Assembly (NCBI GenBank): GCA_963710405.1
Contig: CAVQAP010000013.1
Span: 253,292 to 285,291, forward strand
Direction of reading: 5' to 3'
DNA from: an uncultured Acidobacteriota bacterium
Lineage (GTDB): Bacteria; Acidobacteriota; Terriglobia; UBA7540
Length of the DNA: 32,000 bases
The first letter of the stretch is position 1. Each line of letters begins with the position of its first letter. The notes below the pieces were generated by a model. The model did not search any database, was not told the origin of the DNA, and worked only from the letters and a program-made list of their open reading frames with translations. Positions 7,439 through 15,180 of this stretch are shown here, piece by piece. The position numbers and the translations under genes are program-made.

Positions 7439-9507
7439 CTACTCCTCCTGTTTCCATTGTGCCCATTTCCATTCTTCCTGTCGCCATTCTTCCCGTTCCC
7501 ATGCTGCGGTTGGAACTCCTCCGGGGAGAAACCCAGCACCTCAAATTCGGCCGAGCCCTCCAGCATATTCCGGTACCGGGCCAAGGCATAGAGGGGGAAA
7601 ACATTCCGATAGAGGTGGTACTTAAGATAGAAAACCCGCGGGAACCCGGTGCCAGTGAAGGCAGCTTCGGTCCAGGCTCCGGTCTCGTGCTGTTGATCCA
7701 ATAGGTAGCTCAGTGCCCCCTTCACGGCAGGTTCGGAGATATCGCCGGCTGCCAACAGGCCAATCAGAGCCCACGCTGTTTGCGAAGGGGTGCTGGGGCC
7801 TTGCGCTTTCAAACTCCGATCATCGTAAGACGCGCACGATTCGCCAAAGCCCCCATCGGGATTCTGCACGGCGCGGAGCCAAGCGACTGCGCGCTGGCTT
7901 GCCGCTTCCTTTTGCAGACCCAGAGTCTCCAGCGCTCGCAGCGCCCCGCTGGTTCCGTAGAGGTAATTGACGCCCCAACGGCCGTACCAGGGGCCTTCTG
8001 GGGTCTGATCTTTCTGGAGGAAGCGCACCGCTCGCTGAATTCTGGGATCGGAAGCGGGCCACTTGCTCCGGCCCAGGTATTCCAACACGCGTGCCGTCAG
8101 ATCGCCCGTGGAGGGGTCAATCATGGCGTTGTGGTCAGCGAAGGGAACACGCGTCAGGAAGGTGGAATCATTGTCGCGGTCAAACGCTCCCCACCCGCCA
8201 TCGCGGTTTTGCATGCTGAGCACCCAGGCGGTGGCGCGGCGCAAGGCTTGTTCCATGCGGGCGGCATCGGGGTAGGCGACGCGCTGAAGCGCCATCAGGA
8301 CAAAGCCGGTGTCATCCACGTCCGGGTAGAAGTCATTGCGAAACTCGAATGCCCATCCTCCCGGGTCCACATCGGGATTCTTGACCTGCCAATCCCCACC
8401 TCCCAATACCTGGCGGTCCAGCAGCCAACTGGCGGCTTTGACCAAGGCGGGGTGGTCGGACGGCAAGCCGGCCTCCTCCAGGGAAAACATCGTTACCGCG
8501 GTATCCCAAACAGGAGACACACACGGTTGCAAGCGCAGCGTGTCGCCCTCCTCGATTTCAAACTGCGCCAGATGCTCAATTTCACGTGCCGTAAGAGGGT
8601 CATCGGCCGAATACCCGAGGGCCCGCAAAGCAAATATCGAGTTGACCATAGCGGGGTAGATCGCTCCCAGCCCCTCCGTGCGCTCCAGGTGCTCGAGCAG
8701 CCACTGCTTGGCTCGACGGAGTGCCCACTTGCGGAGAGGCTTCCATGGGAGCTTCTCGTGCCATTTAAACAGCCGGTCCAGCACCAGGAAGAAATTGCGC
8801 CAGCTCACCAGCCGGCGATCCCATTCGAAGGCGGGAATGCGGCCGGACCCGTCGCGGAAGAGTTCCCCCACCCCGACATTCGAAGGCAGATCCCAATGCG
8901 GCTTGCGCGCGTAAACGAGCATCAGGGGCACCACAATGGCGCGCGTCCAGGATGACATCGAGTAAATGTTGAGAAAGAACCAAGAGGGCAGAAGAATCAG
9001 TTCCGGCGGGATTGCCGGCACGTAAGACCAAGGCAGCACTCCACCCAAGGCCAAATAGAGGCGCGTGTAAGAATTAGTGGCCTCAACCCCGCCCAACTCA
9101 TGAATCTGGCAGCGAGCGCGCGCCATGTGGGGCGCGGCAGGGGAGTCCCCGGCCAGTTTGAGGGCCACGTAGGCCTTGACCGTGGCGTTGAGCTCTGATG
9201 GGCCGCCGGCATAAATGTTCCATCCCCCATCGGCGAGTTGCCGGCGGCGAATGTAGTTTGCCAGCTTGACGGAACGGCGATCATCCAGTTTTTCCAAGAC
9301 ATGAAGAAAGAAGATGTAGTCCGATTCCAGAGTTGTGTCTGCTTCGAGTTCTCCTACCCAGTAACCCTCCGGGGCCTGCAAGGAGAGCAGGTGATCCGTG
9401 GCTCGCTGGAGGGCCTCCCCAAGGTTTTCGTCGAAGCGGACTTCAGCGTATGTGAGCTTCTGTACTCCCCGTCGCGTATCCGATTCGGCCTGCTTTCGTT
9501 GTGTCAT
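7435..9507 (-). CDS. shc: Squalene-hopene cyclase
   Basis: Catalytic DxDDTG motif (FYPDVDDTGFVLMAL) and repeated QW motifs (e.g. RRQLADGGWN, MQNRDGGWGAFD, VQNPDGGFGE). 690 aa including an Asn/Gly-rich C-terminal tail. Confidence 0.95.
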   Translation of the reverse strand: MTQRKQAESDTRRGVQKLTYAEVRFDENLGEALQRATDHLLSLQAPEGYWVGELEADTTLESDYIFFLHVLEKLDDRRSVKLANYIRRRQLADGGWNIYAGGPSELNATVKAYVALKLAGDSPAAPHMARARCQIHELGGVEATNSYTRLYLALGGVLPWSYVPAIPPELILLPSWFFLNIYSMSSWTRAIVVPLMLVYARKPHWDLPSNVGVGELFRDGSGRIPAFEWDRRLVSWRNFFLVLDRLFKWHEKLPWKPLRKWALRRAKQWLLEHLERTEGLGAIYPAMVNSIFALRALGYSADDPLTAREIEHLAQFEIEEGDTLRLQPCVSPVWDTAVTMFSLEEAGLPSDHPALVKAASWLLDRQVLGGGDWQVKNPDVDPGGWAFEFRNDFYPDVDDTGFVLMALQRVAYPDAARMEQALRRATAWVLSMQNRDGGWGAFDRDNDSTFLTRVPFADHNAMIDPSTGDLTARVLEYLGRSKWPASDPRIQRAVRFLQKDQTPEGPWYGRWGVNYLYGTSGALRALETLGLQKEAASQRAVAWLRAVQNPDGGFGESCASYDDRSLKAQGPSTPSQTAWALIGLLAAGDISEPAVKGALSYLLDQQHETGAWTEAAFTGTGFPRVFYLKYHLYRNVFPLYALARYRNMLEGSAEFEVLGFSPEEFQPQHGNGKNGDRKNGNGHNGNRRSR

Positions 9508-10502
9508 GAAGTGCGTACATTCTCCCTGTGAGTGGATTGTGAGTTTGTCAATTCTGCCGGTAATGCGAAGCGGACGGCCTCCTCAGTCCATTTCACTTCT
9601 CGAACGCCGGTAAACCCCCAGCTCTTCAGGCGGTCGACCACCTGCTCGACAAGAAAATCAGGCGTGGAAGCGCCGGCGGTTACTCCCAAATGCCGTCGCC
9701 CGTCGAGCCAGTGAGGTTTGACATCTGCGGCACTGCTGATCAGGTACGCATCCGTTCCGCCCCGGCGCGCGACTTCAACCAGACGGTTGGAGATGGAACT
9801 GTTTTCGGCGCCGACGACGAGAATCGCATATGCCTGCCTCGTCACCAGCTTCACCGCGGCCTGGCGATTTTCCGTGGCGTAGCAAATGTCCTGAGCGGCA
9901 GGCCCCTGAATGGCCGGGAACCGCTGTTTGAGTTTCGCCACAATTTCAGTGGTATCGTCGATGCCTAGCGTCGTTTGCGTAAGATAGACCATCCGTTCCG
10001 GATCTTCCACCGCGAGGGAATCTACGTCCTCGACTGCGGAAATGACCCGGATTGCCTGCGGAGCCTCACCCAAGGTGCCGATGACTTCATCGTGGTCCCG
10101 ATGACCGATGAGCACAATAGTGTAGCTATCCCGAGCGTAACGGATGACTTCCAGGTGGACCTTGGTGACTAAAGGGCACGTGGCGTCAATTACTTGGAGC
10201 CCTCGCTCACTTGCCGCTTGGCGGACAGGGGGGGCAACTCCGTGTGCGCTAAAGATGACCACCGCCCCCCGCGGCACCTCGTCGAGCGACTCTACGAAGA
10301 CCGCACCCCGCGCCGCAAGGTCTTCCACTACGTGCCGGTTGTGGACAATCTCCTTGCGCACATAGACGGGCCGCCCCAACTTCTGCAACGCCAGCTCAAC
10401 GATTTCGATCGCGCGAATCACGCCCGCACAGAATCCCCGCGGCTCCAGCAGCAGGAGAGTCGCCTGATCGGTAGCGGACACGGCTTTTCCCTCAGCGGTC
10501 AC
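9504..10502 (-). CDS. ispH: 4-hydroxy-3-methylbut-2-enyl diphosphate reductase
   Basis: Three conserved Cys contexts: PRGFCAGV, ATCPLVTKVH and ICYATENRQ. GTG start at 10502. The stop overlaps the shc ATG (ATGA at 9504-9507). Confidence 0.92.
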   Translation of the reverse strand: MTAEGKAVSATDQATLLLLEPRGFCAGVIRAIEIVELALQKLGRPVYVRKEIVHNRHVVEDLAARGAVFVESLDEVPRGAVVIFSAHGVAPPVRQAASERGLQVIDATCPLVTKVHLEVIRYARDSYTIVLIGHRDHDEVIGTLGEAPQAIRVISAVEDVDSLAVEDPERMVYLTQTTLGIDDTTEIVAKLKQRFPAIQGPAAQDICYATENRQAAVKLVTRQAYAILVVGAENSSISNRLVEVARRGGTDAYLISSAADVKPHWLDGRRHLGVTAGASTPDFLVEQVVDRLKSWGFTGVREVKWTEEAVRFALPAELTNSQSTHRENVRTS

Positions 10503-10601
10503 AGCCCCTCGCTGGTTTTTACTTGCTGGAGGTTCACTTCCAACCCTGCCCCAAGTAAACCCGGGCGGGAAGAAACCATGCAGAAATACAGGCCCATGTA
10601 A

Positions 10602-10630
10602 AGTTTACCGTTTGGTCACAAATATTTCAA
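10602..10630 (-). promoter_or_regulatory. Candidate sigma70-type promoter of the ispH-shc-hpn operon
   Basis: Minus strand reads TTGAAA - 17 nt - TAAACT in the only AT-rich patch upstream of ispH, about 95 nt before the GTG start. Confidence 0.35.
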
Positions 10631-10646
10631 GCTTTCTTGCTGCGAG

Positions 10647-10841
10647 TCAAATCCCGCAAGGGCGTTGGCGCCCTCTAGGGGCCGCTAATTGACTGAGGGT
10701 GGGGGCGGACAAGCAGAAACGGATGACGGTCCAAGCCGTCAGTAGGCTACAGTTTCTTGTGCCGGAGGTCCGCAGGCAGGTGTCGCCCACGACCAGGGCC
10801 CTCACTTTCTTGATACCCTCGAGAGTTTCAGGCAGGGTCAT
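10647..10841 (-). pseudogene. Possible remnant of a PfkB/RfaE-type sugar kinase gene (only the first ~23 codons look authentic)
   Basis: The ATG overlaps the stop of the upstream DHS-like gene (ATGA at 10838-10841). MTLPETLEGIKKVRALVVGDTCL resembles the N-terminal (R)VLVVGDxxLD start of ribokinase-fold kinases, but similarity ends there. No kinase-like continuation was seen in any frame down to 10503. Confidence 0.3.
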
Positions 10842-11809
10842 GGTTGCGCGTTCAATAGAGCGTGTCGCAAGGCAGGGACGGTGGCGCGATGATCTCCACG
10901 GAAATAGAAACTCTCGCCTCCATCCGCCACGGTCCTCACCAGGATGGTTTTGTGGCAGCGGAAATAGTAGCCGGGATCGGTCTTGGGCAACTCATGGTGA
11001 ATATCGCCTTGGATCGGCACCAGGTCAAACACCGCGGTGGTGAACTTCCGGATGACTCTTCCATGCTGTTGCGCCACGTTGCGGACCATGGAAAGCGCCT
11101 TCAGATAAACCTCGGGGCCCATGATGGCGGAACCGATGTTCAGCATGACGCCACCCTCCAGCTTCTCCATGGTCTTGGTGAAAATCAGGAAATCACGGTA
11201 GCTGGCGCCGCCCAGCGCCTGGCCGTCGCAATTCGGGTGCTCGTGGATGATGTCGTAGCCAATCCCCACGTGCACAGTGGTGGGTACCGAATGGCGATAG
11301 GCGGCCGCGAAAATGCTGATGTCCTTGTGCGGGAAGTTGCTCTCCGCAATCCGCCGGCCCACGTTTTCGCCCAGTCCCAGCCGGAGCTCCGCCGCCTCAC
11401 GAATGATCTCATTCAGATCCCCGGTTTCGCGCCACAGACCGAATTCACCGCTGCGGATGTAACGCGCCACGCTTTCCGAGGAGGCGCCGATGCGTGCCAG
11501 CTCGTAGTCATGAATCGCACAAGCGCCGTTCATGGCGACGTGGGTAAAGTAGCCGCGCTCGATCAGGTCGATCACATGGCGGCTGGCCCCCGATTTGATG
11601 ACGTGTGCCCCCATCATCAGGATGCGGGCAGCGCCTTTGTTCCGGGCCGTATTCAGCCGCTCGGCTAATCCCGGCAACTGCGGATGGGAGAATTCGGGCG
11701 CCGGCTGATCAAGCCTCAAGATGTAATCAACGGTCATGTCATGCTTCCGCTCGCTCAAGGGCTTGATCAGCAGTTGCGCGCGGTCGAAGGTTTCATACTT
11801 TGATTTCAT
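10838..11809 (-). CDS. Deoxyhypusine-synthase-like (DHS-like NAD-binding fold) family protein, function unknown
   Basis: MMGAHVIKSGASRHVIDLIERGYFTHVAMNGACAIHDYELA aligns by eye with the DHS block FLGxTSNLxSSGxRExIxxLVxxxxVDVxVTTAGGxEEDxxK. NIGSAIMGPEVYLKALSMVRN resembles ILGGGxxKHHIxNANLMRNG. AAGGAG lies 6 nt upstream of the ATG. Confidence 0.55.
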   Translation of the reverse strand: MKSKYETFDRAQLLIKPLSERKHDMTVDYILRLDQPAPEFSHPQLPGLAERLNTARNKGAARILMMGAHVIKSGASRHVIDLIERGYFTHVAMNGACAIHDYELARIGASSESVARYIRSGEFGLWRETGDLNEIIREAAELRLGLGENVGRRIAESNFPHKDISIFAAAYRHSVPTTVHVGIGYDIIHEHPNCDGQALGGASYRDFLIFTKTMEKLEGGVMLNIGSAIMGPEVYLKALSMVRNVAQQHGRVIRKFTTAVFDLVPIQGDIHHELPKTDPGYYFRCHKTILVRTVADGGESFYFRGDHRATVPALRHALLNAQP

Positions 11810-11823
11810 AACGACTCCTTGAA

Positions 11824-11949
11824 GCTGACAGCCGACAGCTCACAGGTAAAAGCGCATTGAGAAAGCGGGTGAAAGTCCGGAGCCCAGAGGTCAAACGCTC
11901 GAACCGCCGGCTGGTTCGTACTGTTAGCTGTGAGCTGTGATCTGTCAGC
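11824..11949. repeat. Heptamer-periodic inverted-arm element
   Basis: Left arm GCTGACA GCCGACA GCTCACA (11824-11844). Right arm TGTTAGC TGTGAGC TGTGATC TGTCAGC (11922-11949), the reverse-complement word. The spacer is 77 nt. Confidence 0.88.
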
Positions 11950-12767
11950 TATGCCTCCGGAAACAACCCCCCCAAAAGCTCGTCACGGCAGAGGAAATTG
12001 GGGATGATGAAGTCCGCGCCGACGCTCATCAGCCGCTGGCGTTTCCACTCATCCACCACACGGCATTCCGGCTCGGCGGTAGCGAGGCCCACGGCGGTTC
12101 CGCCCACGTCCTTCACATTCTTGATCTCCACAAAGCCGTCGCCGAACCCGAGTAGTTCGTCTCCCTTGCACTCGGTCCGGGAAATCATGCGTTGAATCAG
12201 GATCTCCTTGGAAAAGGTCTTGTAGTCGTCCTGCGCGCCGTAGATGCCGCCGGGGAAGTATTGCCGAACCTCCAGCAGCCCGGCTTCTTCCCGCGTGTAG
12301 ACTTCATCGGTGCCGCTCGCGCAGTACAACTTCAGGCCGCGATCGCGCAGGGATTCCAGAAAGGCCCGCGCTCCCGGCACCAGGTACTGCTCCGGCGATG
12401 CGGCACCGCGGCGAAGGTCCTGGCGGCGATACTCGATGTTGGCCATCAGCTTGTCATGATACCTCCGCTTGTAAGCGAGGGGCTCGAGGGGTTGGCCGCC
12501 GCGCAACTCCACCTGGCGGGCAAGCTCCATCATTTGGTAGATCGTCTGTTCGCCGGTCAGGCGCGCCACGAAATCTCTCACCAGCTCGCGCAATTCGGCC
12601 TCTTTCTCTCCGGTGCGGAGATCCAGGAGGATTTCCACCATCATCGGCACCATCACGTCCACCCATCCCGAGCGAATCAGGGAGATGGTGCCGTCGAAAT
12701 CAAACAAGCCCACGCGCGCGCGGGTGGCAGAAGCATTGGGGTGCAGGCACTCAACCGTGTTATTCAA
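11949..12767 (-). CDS. HAD-superfamily hydrolase
   Basis: Motif I LFDFDGTIS, motif II CASGT, motif IV GFGDGFVE. The ORF opens with TTG at 12767 and there is no nearby ATG upstream of motif I. Confidence 0.8.
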   Translation of the reverse strand: MNNTVECLHPNASATRARVGLFDFDGTISLIRSGWVDVMVPMMVEILLDLRTGEKEAELRELVRDFVARLTGEQTIYQMMELARQVELRGGQPLEPLAYKRRYHDKLMANIEYRRQDLRRGAASPEQYLVPGARAFLESLRDRGLKLYCASGTDEVYTREEAGLLEVRQYFPGGIYGAQDDYKTFSKEILIQRMISRTECKGDELLGFGDGFVEIKNVKDVGGTAVGLATAEPECRVVDEWKRQRLMSVGADFIIPNFLCRDELLGGLFPEA

Positions 12768-13125
12768 CTTGTCAACTCACTCCCTGCATAAGATTGGTTC
12801 CATTCGCAGGCTGGATATCATAACGGAATTCGCCCCCTGATTCCTATACCCCATCGGAGGGAACATGCCTCAGCCGGCGGCTCCCCATCTGAGAGCACGC
12901 TTGCAGGCGCAACTCATTTGCTCCCGCAGCGAGGCCCGACGCGAGCAAGGTTTGGGGCGGAGCCCGCCGGGGACGGGCACGAGGAAGACAGCCCGGGTGC
13001 CCGCGCGCGAGAAGGGGAGAGGCGCACAACGGTTCCGAAGCGATGGGGAAAGCATATGCGGCCACGCCCCCGCACGGCAGGGGGCAGGGCGAGACAGGCT
13101 GCGGGTGACGGATTCGGCCCCGGGC

Positions 13126-13815
13126 CTAGCGGTGCGCCACGCTTTCCAGGCCGGCGCGGTTCTGAATTGTCAGGTGCCGTCCGCGCGCCACCACCAACTC
13201 TTCCTTGCGGAGGGAACTGAGCGTGCGGCTTATGGTTTCCGCCGAGAGTTCCAGAACTTCGCTGATCTCCTGGCGGGAAAGCGGCAGCGTCAAATGCACG
13301 GTCTCATTGGCGGGAGGCGAGTCAACGGTGATGAGCGAAAGCAGGAACGTCGCCACTTTCATGCGGGCGTCCTTAAAGCTCATGTCGGTCACCTGCTTGC
13401 GCACGCGTTTCAGTTCACCCACCAAAAAGCGCACCATGCCGATGGCAATTTGCGGATTGGTGAGCAGGTAGGTGTTGAACTCTTCGCGGGGCGCCGCGCA
13501 AATCTCGCAGTCGCGCAGGGCCACAGCGGTCAGGGGATAGGCGGGATCGGTGAGGGATTCCAGGCCGAACAACTCGCCGGGGAAGAGGACCGCGGTAATA
13601 CGGTCCTTGCCATTCTCCAGCGATTTCACGATCTTCACCAGGCCGGAGTGCAGGGCGAAGAGGTGTTGCGCGATGCCTCCCTCGAAGAATAGGATTTGGT
13701 TGCGGCGATAGCGGGCAGGCCGAAATACGCAACCTAACTCCTGAATCTGTTCCTCCGACATATTGCGAAACAACGAGGTTTTCAAAACGGGACAGTTGCT
13801 GCATCCAGGTCCCAT
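13126..13815 (-). CDS. Crp/Fnr family transcriptional regulator
   Basis: cNMP-binding-type beta-roll (ILFFEGGIAQHLFALHSGLVKI.., FPGELFGLESL) and a C-terminal HTH (LSRQEISEVLELSAETISRTLSSLRKEELV). Cys residues at the N-terminus (CSNCP). Confidence 0.9.
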   Translation of the reverse strand: MGPGCSNCPVLKTSLFRNMSEEQIQELGCVFRPARYRRNQILFFEGGIAQHLFALHSGLVKIVKSLENGKDRITAVLFPGELFGLESLTDPAYPLTAVALRDCEICAAPREEFNTYLLTNPQIAIGMVRFLVGELKRVRKQVTDMSFKDARMKVATFLLSLITVDSPPANETVHLTLPLSRQEISEVLELSAETISRTLSSLRKEELVVARGRHLTIQNRAGLESVAHR

Positions 13816-13951
13816 GGCACTCTCCTCTTGGGGTATCTCCGGCGGCTTTCCTCAGAATGGAGGGCATCTCGCCAAAGCCAGTCTTCCCCCTCCGTGTCTA
13901 TTTCCGGCACGCAGCAGACCCATCGCGCGCTAATACTTGCACCGGAGCAAA

Positions 13952-14437
13952 TCAGGCTGCCTGGGCGATCGGCGGCTCGGAAAAATGACCCAGCGTTGGC
14001 AGAGTCAGCTTGGCGAAGTCTGAGTAGCGCATGCGGATACAGTCTTCGTGCGTTCCCGCGCAGAACAGAATCCGCTCCGTACTTGCTACCGCCCGATCGA
14101 CCCATACGTCAATCCCATACAGATTTCCCAGGGGCGGTACCGCGCCAAGGTCGCAGTCGGGAAAAAGTCCTACCAGCTCACTTTCCTCAAGCATCGCCGC
14201 CTCTTTCGCTTTCAGTGCTGATTTGAGCTCCTGAAAGTTCAGTCGGAACGAAGCTGGCATGACCACTAACACGGGCCTTTTGTCGCCTCGGGCCGCCACC
14301 ACTTTCACGCATTTCTTTCCCGAAACATGGAGGGAATGTGCAACCTCCTGTGCGGTAAAGGCTTGAGAGTGGTGAAGGGTTTCGTATGAGACATTCTGGG
14401 AGTCCAAGTAGTCGCGGATCCGTTGGGGTATGGCCAT
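13952..14437 (-). CDS. YbaK/EbsC/ProX-type aminoacyl-tRNA deacylase domain protein
   Basis: K-containing VSGKKCVKVV and GAVPPLGNLYG motifs typical of YbaK-fold trans-editing proteins. AAGGAGG lies 5 nt upstream of the ATG at 14437; the longer ORF from 14491 lacks support. Confidence 0.78.
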   Translation of the reverse strand: MAIPQRIRDYLDSQNVSYETLHHSQAFTAQEVAHSLHVSGKKCVKVVAARGDKRPVLVVMPASFRLNFQELKSALKAKEAAMLEESELVGLFPDCDLGAVPPLGNLYGIDVWVDRAVASTERILFCAGTHEDCIRMRYSDFAKLTLPTLGHFSEPPIAQAA

Positions 14438-14553
14438 CTTCCCCTCCTTACAAGACGAATTACGACTCTTCCCTGTTGGTGTGCAAGGCAATCGCCCTGC
14501 CAGAACCGGCCCAATTGTCGGCAGGGTAAAGGGCTCGGCTTGAAGAAGGTTCT

Positions 14554-15180
14554 CTATCGGTACTCTATTGTTTTGTGATGTTTGTCAATTTCCATGAATC
14601 CTCGCGAATCTGTGAGAAAGAGTCGCAGCCGACACTCCATTCGCCCGATGCGAAATTCAACGCATGACAAGCGCGCATTTTTTCTCTGTTGTATGTCATA
14701 GGACGAGGGTCTCTGGGTCATTGAATTCGACCGGCCATGGGAAGCGATAGGGTGACGTTTCAGACTATTTGTCGTTGACTCCACCTGCACTCGCCAAGAT
14801 GAAATTGGAACGATTTCCTCGCAGAACCTCGCGCCGGTGAACCCTGGGCCAGGCGAAGCGCGTCGAGCTTCAGTTTCTCTCTGGGTTGCCTTTAACGCCT
14901 TTCCCTTTTTCACTTCCAATAAGGCGCCATCTTCGCCCCGAACTAAGGCGAAATCCCTACGTTCTTCGTTCAGAACATGAGCATTGCCAGCATGACAGTT
15001 TGTCACGTTTTGACGTGTTTTCATGAAGATAGTCGGAGGATCCTGCATTTTTAACATCTCTTTTCCTCGCCCACCGGACTTTGACCCCCGTTGCGATAAC
15101 TTCCCTATTTCCAGATACTTGGTAATTCTCTGCAACCATCGTGTCTCTCCCGACTGTCGGCTAACCAACTGTTTTTTCAT
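14554..15180 (-). CDS. Hypothetical protein (208-aa stop-free frame in a locally lower-GC segment; coding status uncertain)
   Basis: A 627-nt open frame in DNA of roughly 47 percent GC (hand count 28/60 at 14581-14640), where stops should be frequent. The ATG lies only 13 nt after the stop of the 296-aa gene. The sequence is K/R/E/S/G-rich with no recognisable domain, and the + strand is closed. Confidence 0.35.
   Translation of the reverse strand: MKKQLVSRQSGETRWLQRITKYLEIGKLSQRGSKSGGRGKEMLKMQDPPTIFMKTRQNVTNCHAGNAHVLNEERRDFALVRGEDGALLEVKKGKALKATQRETEARRASPGPGFTGARFCEEIVPISSWRVQVESTTNSLKRHPIASHGRSNSMTQRPSSYDIQQRKNARLSCVEFRIGRMECRLRLFLTDSRGFMEIDKHHKTIEYR

Noticed and set aside
6416-8955. Long plus-strand ORFs (6416..7591 and 7780..8955, 391 aa each) opposite hpnH and shc
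   Set aside because: They are antisense shadows of genes with unmistakable catalytic motifs. Their translations are Arg/Gly/Ala/Pro-rich with no motifs, as expected for stop-poor antisense frames in high-GC DNA.
11858-11882. GCGGGTGAAAGTCCGGAGCCC resembles the GGTGAAAxTCCGG core of cobalamin riboswitches and the GAAAGTCCGG of RNase P RNA
   Set aside because: The motif is on the plus strand whereas the flanking genes are on the minus strand. The surrounding 77 nt are far too short for either RNA, and no B12 box or P4 partner sequence is present.
10862-13692. Plus-strand ORFs 10862..11668 (268 aa), 12192..12791 (199 aa) and 12865..13692 (275 aa)
   Set aside because: They are antisense to the DHS-like, HAD and Crp/Fnr genes respectively and have no motifs or start-site support.
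14554-15180. The lower-GC segment as a structured RNA gene (tmRNA, 6S, RNase P, group II intron fragment)
   Set aside because: I found no tRNA-like 3' end, tag reading frame, or conserved P4/domain V-like sequences. The uninterrupted 208-codon frame starting 13 nt after the upstream stop is more simply read as a possible CDS.
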